Shown: in pieces, positions 28,934-40,405 of the stretch
Layout: every line of letters begins with the position of its first letter
Position numbering within the stretch: the first letter of the stretch is position 1
Sequence record: OQ031495
Length of the DNA: 64,000 nt
DNA from: Escherichia phage MRostami-2023e
Strand: one strand, 5' to 3'
Notes under the pieces: model-generated
Seen by the model: only the letters and a program-made list of their open reading frames with translations
What the model was told of the DNA's origin: nothing
The model's database searches: none
Position numbers and translations under genes: made by a program

Positions 28934-30112
28934 ATGAGTACAGTTTTTAACACGCAACAAGTCGATGTTTTGAATGAACCGATGTTCTTTGGTTCTGGTC
29001 TTGGCCTCGCACGTTATGATATTCAGCGACATAAAGTTTTTGAAGAACTTATTGAAAAGCAATTGTCGTTTTTCTGGCGCCCAGAAGAGGTAAACTTGAT
29101 GTTGGACTCTGCGCAGTTCAATAAGCTTCCTCAGTTCCAACAGGACATCTTTACAAACAATCTTAAGTATCAATCATTATTAGATTCTATCCAAGGCAGG
29201 GCCCCATCTGCGGTACTTATGGCACTGATTTCTGACCCTTCATTAGATACATGGGTTGCAACATGGACATTCAGTGAAACTATTCACTCTCGTTCGTACA
29301 CTCATATTATGCGAAATCTTTATACCGATCCATCCAAAGTATTTGATGAGATTGTATTAGACGAAGCAATCATGAAACGAGCTGAATCCATTGGACGTTA
29401 TTATGATGACGTTCTGATTAAAACCCGTGAATGGGAAAANNNNNNNNNNNNNNNNNNNNNNNNNNNNNNNNNNNNNNNNNNNNNNNNNNNNNNNNNNNNN
29501 NNNNNNNNNNNNNNNNNNNNNNCTAAACGTGCTTTAATGAAGTCTCTTTATCTCTGTTTGCATGTTATCAACGCCTTAGAAGCTATTCGTTTTTACGTAT
29601 CATTTGCATGTACTTTCAACTTCCATAAAAATATGGAAATTATGGAAGGTAATGCAAAGATTATGAAGTTCATTGCTCGTGACGAACAACTCCATCTCAA
29701 GGGTACTCAGTACATTATCCGTCAACTTCAATCTGGTACTGACGGTGATGAGTGGGTTCAAATTGCTAAAGAATGTGAACAAGAAGCAGTTGACATTTTT
29801 ATGGAAGTAAATAGTCAAGAGAAGGAATGGGCTGCACACCTCTTTAAAGATGGTACATGTCCAGGTATCAATACGCAGAGTATGTGTGCTTTTGTTGATT
29901 ACTTGACTGTGTCTCGTATGAAACAGTGTGGTTTGCCATGCCCAATCACTGATGCTCCGACCAAGCATCCGTATCCTTGGATTCGTGAATATCTGAACTC
30001 TGATTTAGTTCAAGCAGCTCCTCAGGAAGTTGAAATCAGTTCTTATCTTGTCGCACAAATTGATAATGATGTAGACCAAAATGTAATCAATTCATACAAA
30101 AAATATTTCTAA
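28934..30112 (+). CDS. nrdB: ribonucleoside-diphosphate reductase beta subunit; no intron
   Basis: 392 aa; matches T4 NrdB; 83-nt N block keeps frame. Confidence 0.95.
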   Translation: MSTVFNTQQVDVLNEPMFFGSGLGLARYDIQRHKVFEELIEKQLSFFWRPEEVNLMLDSAQFNKLPQFQQDIFTNNLKYQSLLDSIQGRAPSAVLMALISDPSLDTWVATWTFSETIHSRSYTHIMRNLYTDPSKVFDEIVLDEAIMKRAESIGRYYDDVLIKTREWEXXXXXXXXXXXXXXXXXXXXXXXXXXXXXKRALMKSLYLCLHVINALEAIRFYVSFACTFNFHKNMEIMEGNAKIMKFIARDEQLHLKGTQYIIRQLQSGTDGDEWVQIAKECEQEAVDIFMEVNSQEKEWAAHLFKDGTCPGINTQSMCAFVDYLTVSRMKQCGLPCPITDAPTKHPYPWIREYLNSDLVQAAPQEVEISSYLVAQIDNDVDQNVINSYKKYF

Positions 30113-30116
30113 GGAC

Positions 30117-30140
30117 GGGACTTCGGTCCCACTTTATTAT
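30117..30140 (+). terminator. GGGAC-UUCG-GUCCC hairpin after nrdB
   Basis: gggacttcggtccc followed by actttattat. Confidence 0.5.
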
Positions 30141-30549
30141 GAAAGATATTGCCGCCGAATATTCCTTTATTAAATATACAGAATTGGAGCTATTAGAAGA
30201 TGCAACAATTAAAACAGTTGATGTCCCTAATAAGAAAAATGTCATATACGCTATTGCTATAGATGACGAACTTGTGTATATTGGTAAAACCAAGAATTTA
30301 AAGAAACGCATTAACTATTATCGAACAGCCATAAATCGAAAAGACCAGACTTCAGATTCAAGAAAATCACTTATGATTTTGGATGCCTTAATGCAAGGCA
30401 AAAAGGTTGAATTCTGGGCCCGCCAATGTTTTGACCTTTCAGTCACCAACGAACTTGGTTCAATGACCATCGCAACAATGGACCTTGAAGAACCGCTTTT
30501 TATCAAAAAGTTCAACCCGCCTTGGAATATCCAACATAAGAAAAAGTAG
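30139..30549 (+). CDS. denA: endonuclease II (GIY-YIG family)
   Basis: 136 aa; GIY-YIG motif VIYAIAIDDELVYIGKTKNLKKRINYYR; matches T4 DenA. Confidence 0.9.
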   Translation: MKDIAAEYSFIKYTELELLEDATIKTVDVPNKKNVIYAIAIDDELVYIGKTKNLKKRINYYRTAINRKDQTSDSRKSLMILDALMQGKKVEFWARQCFDLSVTNELGSMTIATMDLEEPLFIKKFNPPWNIQHKKK

Positions 30550-30578
30550 TTTACACGCCACAAGGATTGTGGTACAAT
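30549..30578 (+). promoter_or_regulatory. early promoter with palindrome CCACAAGGATTGTGG in the spacer
   Basis: gtttac 30549-30554; tggtacaat -10. Confidence 0.55.
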
Positions 30579-30595
30579 TTAAAAAAACTAACTGA

Positions 30596-31729
<1,134 letters not shown>

Positions 31730-31731
31730 TG

Positions 31732-31762
31732 GTTTACAAACACCAAGGATGGTGATACTATG
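31732..31762 (+). promoter_or_regulatory. early promoter with CACCA/TGGTG palindrome in the spacer
   Basis: gtttac 31732-31737; caccaaggatggtgatactat. Confidence 0.55.
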
Positions 31763-31790
31763 GGTTTATCAACAACACGAGGAGAAAATT

Positions 31791-32291
31791 ATGAATATGC
31801 AATTGATTACTAACGATATGGTCGTAAACGCTTTTGGAGACACAACTGACGGAATCCGGGTCTTTAAGAAAGGACGTCCAGTTGGTTATCTTACTGACCT
31901 ACGTGTTACACTGGCCAAAAATCTTAAAAAGAAAGTAAAACAAAAAGAGTATTCAACCCGATACGCTGAAGAGAAACGCGAAGCGATGCCAGAAGCAGTT
32001 AATGCTATGGTAGAATTTCTTCAAAACAATTTGACTAAATATGACGCTAATGTGTTCGTTAATATTAGTCAACCAAACGTACATATCGCAGGTATCAAAT
32101 TCTATATTATTTGCGACCCTCTTACCGACAAATTCAACCGTCTCGGAATCTCAAGCCCATATCATACAGCAGAAGAGTTGTGTGTATTGTTTGAATCATA
32201 CAAAATCCAAACTGACGGGCCTAAAACAGTTCTTATCAATGGATTATCCCGAGACGAAATCATTGAGATTATTCAAACATGCTTAAAGTAA
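31791..32291 (+). CDS. alc: Alc, inhibitor of host transcription on cytosine-containing DNA
   Basis: GGAG RBS then ATG 31791; ..FGDTTDGIRVFKKGRPVGYLTDL.. resembles T4 Alc (167 aa). Confidence 0.8.
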   Translation: MNMQLITNDMVVNAFGDTTDGIRVFKKGRPVGYLTDLRVTLAKNLKKKVKQKEYSTRYAEEKREAMPEAVNAMVEFLQNNLTKYDANVFVNISQPNVHIAGIKFYIICDPLTDKFNRLGISSPYHTAEELCVLFESYKIQTDGPKTVLINGLSRDEIIEIIQTCLK

Positions 32292-32635
32292 ATGCATCAT
32301 ATATTGTAGTGGCAGCTTTTGCAGTTGTTGCTACTGTAACAATAGCATTTCTGAACCATAAAGTCGATTCGCTGAATACTGAATTGGCTTCTGTTAAAGA
32401 GACTGCTAAAAACAATGCTAAAGTATTAGACGACTTCAAGATTCAATATCAGTCAATCGAAGAAATGACTTATAAGAACCGTGTTTTAGTTGACCAACTT
32501 AAGGCTGAAAATGAAAAGCTCCGTAAGGATTCGAAGAAGAAGAACGTGGTGGCAAGTAAGCCAGGATTGGTCGAAAAACAAATCAACAGGTCCTTCGATT
32601 CCTTTGCAGAAGACCTCAGGAAGCTCTCAGAATGA
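32279..32635 (+). CDS. i-spanin (inner membrane spanin subunit, PseT.3-like)
   Basis: 118 aa; N-terminal transmembrane segment YIVVAAFAVVATVTIAFL then coiled-coil-like region; precedes the o-spanin with overlap. Confidence 0.8.
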   Translation: MLKVNASYIVVAAFAVVATVTIAFLNHKVDSLNTELASVKETAKNNAKVLDDFKIQYQSIEEMTYKNRVLVDQLKAENEKLRKDSKKKNVVASKPGLVEKQINRSFDSFAEDLRKLSE

Positions 32636-32922
32636 TTAAATTAACTGTGGCTGTATTATCTATTGGTCTCCTAGTTGGATGTACTCAGGATGTGCCAGTA
32701 AGCCCTAAAGAAACTTTACATCCTTCATGGCCTACGCCTATTTCCGAATACAACCAGAAATGGCAAGTAAAGGTTATTGATGGTAATCCGTGGGTTGGAA
32801 TGCCATTTGAAGACTCTCAAGAATTTCGTATCTGGTTAAACGACGTAAAAAGATATATACATGACCAGAAGACTATGTTATGTTATTATCGTAGTGGTTT
32901 AAAAGAGGAAAAATGCCAATGA
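32632..32922 (+). CDS. o-spanin (outer membrane lipoprotein spanin subunit, PseT.2-like)
   Basis: 96 aa; signal peptide with lipobox LLVGC (MIKLTVAVLSIGLLVGCTQ). Confidence 0.8.
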   Translation: MIKLTVAVLSIGLLVGCTQDVPVSPKETLHPSWPTPISEYNQKWQVKVIDGNPWVGMPFEDSQEFRIWLNDVKRYIHDQKTMLCYYRSGLKEEKCQ

Positions 32923-33137
32923 CTAAAGAACAGCATGAATACATTAAAGGGCTTATCTATGAATCTGAAATGGCGGCTATGATTTATGGACGCCAGATTC
33001 AACGATTAGAATCTTTGCCTCCGACTAATGACCGCTTGTTAGTTCAGTCTCGTGCTAATCTGAAAAATGAATATCAGAATAAGTGGGCAGTAGCGACTAA
33101 AGCTCTTCATGAGTATATTGAATCTTTAGTAAAATAG
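32913..33137 (+). CDS. hypothetical protein
   Basis: 74-aa ORF. Confidence 0.5.
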   Translation: MPMTKEQHEYIKGLIYESEMAAMIYGRQIQRLESLPPTNDRLLVQSRANLKNEYQNKWAVATKALHEYIESLVK

Positions 33138-33171
33138 TTTACAAACTCTCGGGAGCAGAGTATAATGCTCC
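33137..33171 (+). promoter_or_regulatory. early promoter with palindrome GGGAGCA/TGCTCC flanking TATAAT
   Basis: gtttacaaactctcgggagcagagtataatgctcc. Confidence 0.55.
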
Positions 33172-33194
33172 TATGGATAATTGAGGAAATCTAA

Positions 33195-33493
33195 ATGAAA
33201 ACATTACTAGAGAATTACATCAAACGGTCTGATGAGTATATTGATATCTGCCGCGGAATGTCACTTGGCAATTATGATAAAGATGCGGCAAAAGCACTAG
33301 ATGAAGCAGGTAAAGCTCTTCGTAAAGCTGCTAAAGAAAAAGGGTTGGATTTGCAACAACTCAAAAGTCATATGATTAAATTTATTTCTTCAAACGTTAG
33401 AAGTACGTCAATTAATAAAAACGTTGCTGAAATTAATAAAGACCGGCGCGAACTCAACATTCGTATTCTTGAAGCTTTCTTAGGAATCAAATA

Positions 33494-33494
<1 letters not shown>
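33195..33494 (+). CDS. hypothetical protein
   Basis: 99-aa ORF. Confidence 0.5.
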
Positions 33495-34580
<1,086 letters not shown>

Positions 34581-34581
<1 letters not shown>

Positions 34582-34772
34582 TGAAACGATTATATGAAGT
34601 GATTGAGGACATCGAACAGCATAAAGAATATTTGTTTGTAGTATGGCCTTTAGTAAATGGACGGTTCGGTATTGATGTGCTGGACTATGAACATGAAGAA
34701 TGGTTGGACGGCGGTATATTTGATAACGTCGACCAGGCAATTGAATGGTTAAATGAAAACTATGTACGATAA
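34581..34772 (+). CDS. hypothetical protein
   Basis: 63-aa ORF. Confidence 0.5.
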
Positions 34773-34977
34773 ACATCATGAAATCGAAGATGAAGCATAC
34801 AAAATGCTTCGTAAACTAGTGGGTCTTAATATGAGTCCTACATTAATCAACAAACTCGCAGGAATTCGTAATGATCTGAATACTCGTTACAAAGGTGAAT
34901 ATCATGTAGAGTTTGTTCCTGTAGGTGAACCGACCGAGCGATTTGTTGTTCGAGTTAAAGTAAATACTGTACACTGA
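34753..34977 (+). CDS. hypothetical protein
   Basis: 74-aa ORF. Confidence 0.5.
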   Translation: MKTMYDKHHEIEDEAYKMLRKLVGLNMSPTLINKLAGIRNDLNTRYKGEYHVEFVPVGEPTERFVVRVKVNTVH

Positions 34978-34984
34978 GGTAATT

Positions 34985-35260
34985 ATGTTCCCAACTTATT
35001 CTGAAATTGTAAAGGTAGTCTTCAGTCAGATTATTGCTAATAATATGTTTGAAGTGCTTGATAATGCAGCCGAACTCAGAGTTCATGCTCAACTAACTCA
35101 TGTACTCAATGCTTTGCTCCCAGACCAAGTAGATTCTATTGCTATTACTCTTCTCCCTGGGTCTGCACACGTCATCGTGGTATTTGATCTTGACGGCGAT
35201 TTAGTTATCCAATGTGATATCAATTTCGGTACACAAAAAATTGAATGCAAAGCAATTTAA
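34985..35260 (+). CDS. hypothetical protein
   Basis: 91-aa ORF. Confidence 0.5.
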   Translation: MFPTYSEIVKVVFSQIIANNMFEVLDNAAELRVHAQLTHVLNALLPDQVDSIAITLLPGSAHVIVVFDLDGDLVIQCDINFGTQKIECKAI

Positions 35261-35262
35261 TG

Positions 35263-35300
35263 GTTTACAACATGGTAGAGTTGTGATACTATAACTCTAC
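35263..35300 (+). promoter_or_regulatory. early promoter with palindrome GTAGAGTT/AACTCTAC flanking the -10
   Basis: gtttac 35263-35268; gtagagttgtgatactataactctac. Confidence 0.55.
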
Positions 35301-35321
35301 CAACACAATGAGGAAAACAGA

Positions 35322-35558
35322 ATGCTAAGTGAAAACCCAATTACAGTGCACGAATTTCAGATTAAAGTAAAAGAATTTGCTCAAGCACTCATAAATAAAG
35401 TGTCTGAACGTTTCAAGGATGCAACATTACGAGTTATTCAAGAATCTCCACGTTCTTTTCTCATAATTGTTAATCCTAAAGATGGCGACCAAATTACTAA
35501 TCTTAAATTAGGCAGTGATGGTCTTGTTGAAGCAACTCGAGTATATGGAACACTATAA
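35322..35558 (+). CDS. hypothetical protein
   Basis: 78-aa ORF. Confidence 0.5.
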   Translation: MLSENPITVHEFQIKVKEFAQALINKVSERFKDATLRVIQESPRSFLIIVNPKDGDQITNLKLGSDGLVEATRVYGTL

Positions 35559-35678
35559 TGAGAGCTATCTCATTACTATCGAGAATGGTCATAAATCTGA
35601 GCACTACCAACTTAGCCTGTCTAATCCGGTTAAAGGTATTGTTGAATCAGAATCTGTTTATATCTCCTAAGGATTGTT

Positions 35679-36671
35679 ATGTTACCTGTCGTCGGAAAAC
35701 TTATTTCTCCAAAAGAACTGGCTGAGATTATTCCTTTGTCGGAAGCTTACGCATCACAAGTGGCTTCTCATCGCGAACAAGTTAATTCGATTATGAACGG
35801 TGAAGACCCACGCAAACTTATTGTTGTAGGTCCTTGTTCAATTCATGACCCTATTGCTGCTGTTGAATACGGCAAACGTCTGGCTGAACTTCAAACTCGT
35901 CTTCCTAATGTTCTGTTAGTGATGCGCGTTTATTTTGAAAAGCCTCGAACTACCGTAGGTTGGAAAGGTCTTGTAAATGATCCATATCTTGACGGAAGTT
36001 TTGATATGAACCACGGTCTTATAGTTGCACGAACATTGTGTCGTAAACTTCTACGTATGGGACTTCCATTAGCAACTGAAGTATTAGACCCATTCACGAT
36101 TAAGTATCTTTCTGGTATTTTCTCATGGGTTGCTATTGGCGCCCGTACGACTGAAAGTCAGACACATCGTGAAATTGCTTCAGGTCTACCGATGTGCGTA
36201 GGCTTCAAGAACGCAACCAATGGTTCTATTAAAGTAGCTACAGACGCGATGTATAGTGCCGCCTGGCCTCATCGGTATATGGGTATGGACGTCGATGGTA
36301 CTGTAGGCATTGTTGAAGCTGAAGGTAATCGGAATACGCATATTGTATTGCGTGGCGGGACCAACGGCCCGAACTATCATTCTTCTGATATTCAAGAAGC
36401 TTCTAACAAAGCAAGTGCAGTAGGTCTGAATCATTATGTAATGGTTGACTGTAGCCATGCAAACGCTGATGGGCATTATAGCAATCAAATTGGTATTGGT
36501 AAAAATTTAGCAGCTAATGATTTGGTCAAAGGAATTATGATAGAATCATTCCTACATGAAGGAAATCAAAAAATTTCTGATAATATGTCCTATGGCGTTT
36601 CCGTTACCGATGCGTGCATCAGTTGGGAACAAACTAAAGAGCTGTTAACTTATATTAATAAGGTTCAATAA
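35679..36671 (+). CDS. 3-deoxy-D-arabino-heptulosonate 7-phosphate (DAHP) synthase, class I (AroG/AroF/AroH-like)
   Basis: 330 aa; GPCSIHD, MRVYFEKPRTTVGWKGL, GARTTESQ, GFKN, ILRGG, CSHAN, ESFLHEGNQ, ITDACISWE; Cys/His/Glu/Asp metal ligands present. Confidence 0.85.
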   Translation: MLPVVGKLISPKELAEIIPLSEAYASQVASHREQVNSIMNGEDPRKLIVVGPCSIHDPIAAVEYGKRLAELQTRLPNVLLVMRVYFEKPRTTVGWKGLVNDPYLDGSFDMNHGLIVARTLCRKLLRMGLPLATEVLDPFTIKYLSGIFSWVAIGARTTESQTHREIASGLPMCVGFKNATNGSIKVATDAMYSAAWPHRYMGMDVDGTVGIVEAEGNRNTHIVLRGGTNGPNYHSSDIQEASNKASAVGLNHYVMVDCSHANADGHYSNQIGIGKNLAANDLVKGIMIESFLHEGNQKISDNMSYGVSVTDACISWEQTKELLTYINKVQ

Positions 36672-37252
36672 TGAAAGCTAGCACATACCTTCAGATTGCA
36701 TATCTGATTTCTCAAGAATCAAAATGTTGTTCATGGAAAGTTGGCGCAGTCATTGAAAAAGATGGGCGCATTATTTCTACTGGGTATAACGGTAGCCCGG
36801 CCGGTGGTGTTAACTGTTGTGAACATGCATCCGAAAACGGTTGGTTGAAGAATAAACCAAGCCCGGTCATCGTTGCTGGGCATAAAGAAGGCACTACAGC
36901 ATTTGGACGGGTGGATAATTTTGTTTTGGCTAAAGAACATAGGGCCGCTCATAGTGCATGGTCTGCTAATAACGAAATCCATGCGGAACTGAACGCAATT
37001 TTGTTTGCAGCTCGTAAAGGTAATTCTATTGAAGGTGCTACGTTATATACTACGCTTTCTCCGTGTCCTGATTGCACTAAAGCTATTACGCAGTCAGGTA
37101 TTAAAAAGGTTGTATACGCGGAATTATATGACAGATCTCCTGAAAATTGGGCCGACATTCTAAAACAAGCCGGTATTGAAGTAATTCAGTACTCTCGTAA
37201 TAATCTTCGTTCTCTGAATTGGGAACAAATCCGAAACTTTTGTGGTGAATAA
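36671..37252 (+). CDS. cd: dCMP deaminase
   Basis: 193 aa; ..SKCCSWKVGAVIEK..HAELNAILFAARKG..LSPCPDC.. matches T4 Cd (193 aa). Confidence 0.93.
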   Translation: MKASTYLQIAYLISQESKCCSWKVGAVIEKDGRIISTGYNGSPAGGVNCCEHASENGWLKNKPSPVIVAGHKEGTTAFGRVDNFVLAKEHRAAHSAWSANNEIHAELNAILFAARKGNSIEGATLYTTLSPCPDCTKAITQSGIKKVVYAELYDRSPENWADILKQAGIEVIQYSRNNLRSLNWEQIRNFCGE

Positions 37253-37253
37253 T

Positions 37254-37550
37254 ATGATTTTAACTGAACGAGAAACTATGGTTCTTCGTGAACGTATTAA
37301 AACTATTCTATCTGTAGGCGTTCATTGTGTTGTATTTGAAAAGGCTAACGGTGATGTTCGTACGATGTTTGCCTCCCGCGATGAACTTGAAGTCAAATAT
37401 GAAAATAGTAACCCATCAACAGAAGTTCGTTCTGAACCTCGTGAATCAGTTCGAGCATTCGATACCGAGTTAGGTCAGTGGCGTTCTTTCCGCCTTGATA
37501 AAGTAATTTCGGTTGATGGTACTCCAGTAGAACGTTTGCTTCTTATGTAA
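37254..37550 (+). CDS. hypothetical protein
   Basis: ATG 37254; the track ORF starts at an upstream GTG. Confidence 0.5.
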   Translation: MILTERETMVLRERIKTILSVGVHCVVFEKANGDVRTMFASRDELEVKYENSNPSTEVRSEPRESVRAFDTELGQWRSFRLDKVISVDGTPVERLLLM

Positions 37551-37607
37551 TATGCTTTACGAATAGTATGGTATTATTAATCTATCGTCAAACAACAAGG
37601 AAATAAG

Positions 37608-37940
37608 ATGTCTGAAGTACAACTCCCAATTCGTGCTGTTGGTGAATATGTTATTCTGGTTTCTGAACCCGCTCAAGCAGGTGATGAAGAAGTTACCGAA
37701 TCAGGACTTGTGATTGGTAAACGTGTTCAAGGTGAAGTTCCTGAACTATGTGTAGTTCATTCTGTAGGTCCTGATGTTCCTGAAGGTTTTGTTGAAGTCG
37801 GTGATTTGACTCCACTACCAGTTGGACAAATTCGAAATGTTCCACATCCATTTGTGGCTTTGGGACTTAAACATCCTAAAGAAATTAAACAGAAATTCGT
37901 AACATGCCACTATAAAGCTATTCCGTGTCTTTATAAGTGA
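37608..37940 (+). CDS. 31: gp31 co-chaperonin (GroES analogue for capsid protein folding)
   Basis: 110 aa; [44 protein letters not shown] matches T4 gp31. Confidence 0.93.
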   Translation: MSEVQLPIRAVGEYVILVSEPAQAGDEEVTESGLVIGKRVQGEVPELCVVHSVGPDVPEGFVEVGDLTPLPVGQIRNVPHPFVALGLKHPKEIKQKFVTCHYKAIPCLYK

Positions 37941-38064
37941 TATAAATAACTATATGAAGAGAACACTCTTCTAAGCGGTAGCCTACAACTGAGAGACTTG
38001 TCGAAAGGAAGTGAAATTCAGACGAACGTGGCTACTAAATATTATCTCGAATTGAGAATTTAAA

Positions 38065-38313
38065 ATGATTAAACAATTACAACACGCTCTTGAACTGCAA
38101 CGAAACGCATGGAATAACGGCCACGAAAACTATGGCGCATCTATTGATGTTGAAGCCGAAGCTCTTGAAATCCTGCGATATTTCAAACATCTGAACCCGG
38201 TACAGGCAGCTTTGGCTTCTGAACTGGAAGCAAAAGATGAACTGAAATATGCTAAGCCTTTGGCTTCTGCAGCTCGTAAAGCAGTACGTCATTTTGTTAT
38301 CACCCTTAAATAA
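38065..38313 (+). CDS. rIII: rIII lysis inhibition accessory protein
   Basis: 82 aa; MIKQLQHALELQRNAWNNGHENYGASIDVEAEALEILRYFKHLNP.. matches T4 RIII. Confidence 0.92.
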   Translation: MIKQLQHALELQRNAWNNGHENYGASIDVEAEALEILRYFKHLNPVQAALASELEAKDELKYAKPLASAARKAVRHFVITLK

Positions 38314-38582
38314 GTTNNNNNNNNNNNNNNNNNNNNNNNNNNNNNNNNNNNNNNNNNNNNNNNNNNNNNNNNNNNNNNNNCCCCGGCAGTTTTACGGTGT
38401 ACCTCTTGAATGTATTTTATACTATCACGCGTCAGAAAAAGGTTATCTGTCTAAGTCGTGGTTGGTATGATGACGAGGTTTATGGTTATCCTGTCGTTAA
38501 ATATCCAAAACCTATGTTCCCCTTGAGGGCTTGCGCAGGCAATGTCAATAAGTCCTGCATTTTCATTTAAAGAGAATTTATA

Positions 38583-38762
38583 ATGGCAAAACAAGCTAAA
38601 GCAAAGAAAGCAGTTGAAAAGAAAGTTGATGGTACCTCTAAACGCGCTGGATACAAGCGTGGGTCGAACTCTCGTATTAATCAAACAGTTGAGAAGATCA
38701 TGCGCAGAGCACGTGCAGTTCTTCGAGATGATGCTTCTCGTTTTGGAAAGGTTGTTGCATAA
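38583..38762 (+). CDS. small lysine-rich basic protein (59 aa), hypothetical
   Basis: MAKQAKAKKAVEKKVDGTSKRAGYKRGS..; followed immediately by a terminator; below the track cutoff. Confidence 0.45.
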   Translation: MAKQAKAKKAVEKKVDGTSKRAGYKRGSNSRINQTVEKIMRRARAVLRDDASRFGKVVA

Positions 38763-38767
38763 TTTTA

Positions 38768-38790
38768 GGGAGACTTCGGTCTCCCTTTTG
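38768..38790 (+). terminator. GGGAGAC-UUCG-GUCUCCC terminator plus T tract
   Basis: gggagacttcggtctcccttttgtg. Confidence 0.75.
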
Positions 38791-38821
38791 TGCGTTTAGG
38801 GCAGAAAAAGTTTAAAAAGAT

Positions 38822-38850
38822 GTTTACTCTCCTGTAGGATGTGTTACTAT
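38822..38850 (+). promoter_or_regulatory. early promoter
   Basis: gtttac 38822-38827; tgttactatag. Confidence 0.55.
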
Positions 38851-38892
38851 AGACTTGTACCATCTAATCAATAAAACCACCTGGAGAACAAA

Positions 38893-39261
38893 ATGAAAAT
38901 CAATCTGAACTCATACATCAAATGTAAAGACCACGATGGTTATAAAGCTATCGAAATTAAAGAATTCCAGTGGATGTTATACAAAGAGCAATTTGAGTTC
39001 GTAGGTTGTATGACCCCTGAAGGTCCTTCTGATGATTTCTCTTGGAAAATTGTGTTAGCAAACTTTTTCACAGGTGACACATACGAATTAAAAACTATTA
39101 TTACCGGTAAAATTCGTTCAGAAACATATGTTGACGAAGAAACTGGTTACTCTGAAGATGTTACATGGTATCAAAATGGACGCATTACAGCAGATAACCT
39201 GATCGAAAAAATGAAAGCCAAAGGTGTTTTAAATTTAGACAATTGGATTAAAGTTGCATAA
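38893..39261 (+). CDS. hypothetical protein
   Basis: 122-aa ORF after promoter. Confidence 0.55.
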   Translation: MKINLNSYIKCKDHDGYKAIEIKEFQWMLYKEQFEFVGCMTPEGPSDDFSWKIVLANFFTGDTYELKTIITGKIRSETYVDEETGYSEDVTWYQNGRITADNLIEKMKAKGVLNLDNWIKVA

Positions 39262-39265
39262 AACA

Positions 39266-39305
39266 GTTTACTTTGGTACAGGTTATGTTATTATAGACCT
39301 GTACC
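39266..39305 (+). promoter_or_regulatory. early promoter with palindrome GGTACAGG/CCTGTACC flanking the -10
   Basis: gtttac 39266-39271; ggtacaggttatgttattatagacctgtacc. Confidence 0.55.
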
Positions 39306-39335
39306 AACAAACAACTTAAACATCTGGAGAATAAA

Positions 39336-39701
39336 ATGAACTACACCAACTTCGAACGTAAATATGTTTCTAACGGTATCGCTGGTTCTATCGATATGGT
39401 TTGTTTGTGGAAGCATAAAAATGGTTCAGTATGTGAAATTGAGCAGTATATGACTCCTAATTATGTTTATATGCGATTTGAAAATGGCATCACGGTTTCA
39501 ATCACAATGGAAGGTTCCAACTTCAAAATTGCATTAGATGATGATTTCCGTCAACGTGATTTAGGTACTCATCCTTGCTGGAATGGTGTTAATCGTAAAC
39601 TTCTGGTTAAAACTTGGATTCGTCATATCCTGAGTAACCGAGCTAAACCTGAACATCTCGAAGCAATCTTTGATGTAGTTCTTAACGAATTTGATATCTA
39701 A
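39336..39701 (+). CDS. hypothetical protein
   Basis: 121-aa ORF. Confidence 0.55.
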   Translation: MNYTNFERKYVSNGIAGSIDMVCLWKHKNGSVCEIEQYMTPNYVYMRFENGITVSITMEGSNFKIALDDDFRQRDLGTHPCWNGVNRKLLVKTWIRHILSNRAKPEHLEAIFDVVLNEFDI

Positions 39702-39708
39702 TTTAACT

Positions 39709-39726
39709 GGGAGCTTCGGCTCCCAT
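39709..39726 (+). terminator. GGGAGC-UUCG-GCUCCC hairpin, weak U tract
   Basis: gggagcttcggctccc. Confidence 0.5.
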
Positions 39727-39736
39727 TGAGGAAATT

Positions 39737-40351
39737 ATGTTTAAAGTTAATACTTTTTATAAAATGAATTTTAAAAATGGGGATATTACTCCACGCCTTA
39801 AAAACATGTTCTCATATGATCTTATCGAGCCTTTTGAAGTTTTAGAAGTTACTGATGCTGGCTCGGTTTGTGAAATTAGAACGTCTGAAGGTAAAATTTA
39901 TCAGGCAGGTGTTGGTAAATTTAGTAATTGTTTTACTTTAATATTCTCGACTGATTTAGATGAGCATTTTATTGAATGTCCTAACCCTAAGGTCCATGAA
40001 GTTCCACATCAAGAAACTAAGAAAAACGGCCCACACGAATATACGAAGGTTGAAACTCCTCACGGCGTGATGTGGCGTCATAACTCTCCTTTTGGAAGTA
40101 AAGGAACATTTGCTCAACTGCCTAAACCTTATGACGATGAAAAATACATCGTCGCCTTTTTATCTGAACAGGGTACTCAAGACCGTGGATGTCAACGAAG
40201 TGGTTTACTAAGTGAACTTGAAGCTCATAACCAAGCACGTGAATTCGTTGAGAAAAATCCTGGCTCTGAAGCTCTAGTCATGAAAGCAATTACTCAATAT
40301 ATCACTGCTCAACCTGTTGTTCATCCGGTAGAAATTAATTTCATTAAGTAG
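39737..40351 (+). CDS. hypothetical protein
   Basis: 204-aa ORF. Confidence 0.55.
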   Translation: MFKVNTFYKMNFKNGDITPRLKNMFSYDLIEPFEVLEVTDAGSVCEIRTSEGKIYQAGVGKFSNCFTLIFSTDLDEHFIECPNPKVHEVPHQETKKNGPHEYTKVETPHGVMWRHNSPFGSKGTFAQLPKPYDDEKYIVAFLSEQGTQDRGCQRSGLLSELEAHNQAREFVEKNPGSEALVMKAITQYITAQPVVHPVEINFIK

Positions 40352-40381
40352 TTTACATCCAAGGACGGATTAGAGTATAAT
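40351..40381 (+). promoter_or_regulatory. early promoter
   Basis: gtttac 40351-40356; tagagtataat. Confidence 0.5.
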
Positions 40382-40405
40382 GATTTCTTTAGTAAGTGGA
40401 AAAAT

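Noticed and set aside
35558-35727. 56-aa ORF (MRAISLL..) overlapping the start of the DAHP synthase gene
   Set aside because: It overlaps a strongly supported gene by about 50 nt in another frame and has no RBS; an alternative 41-aa frame ending at 35670 is equally possible. Neither is reported.
37941-37980. TATAAATA box (37941-37948) and short GAAGAG/CTCTTC hairpin after gene 31, a possible late promoter for rIII
   Set aside because: The motif is exact but about 115 nt upstream of rIII and the hairpin stem is only 6 bp; plausible but not supported well enough to list as a feature.
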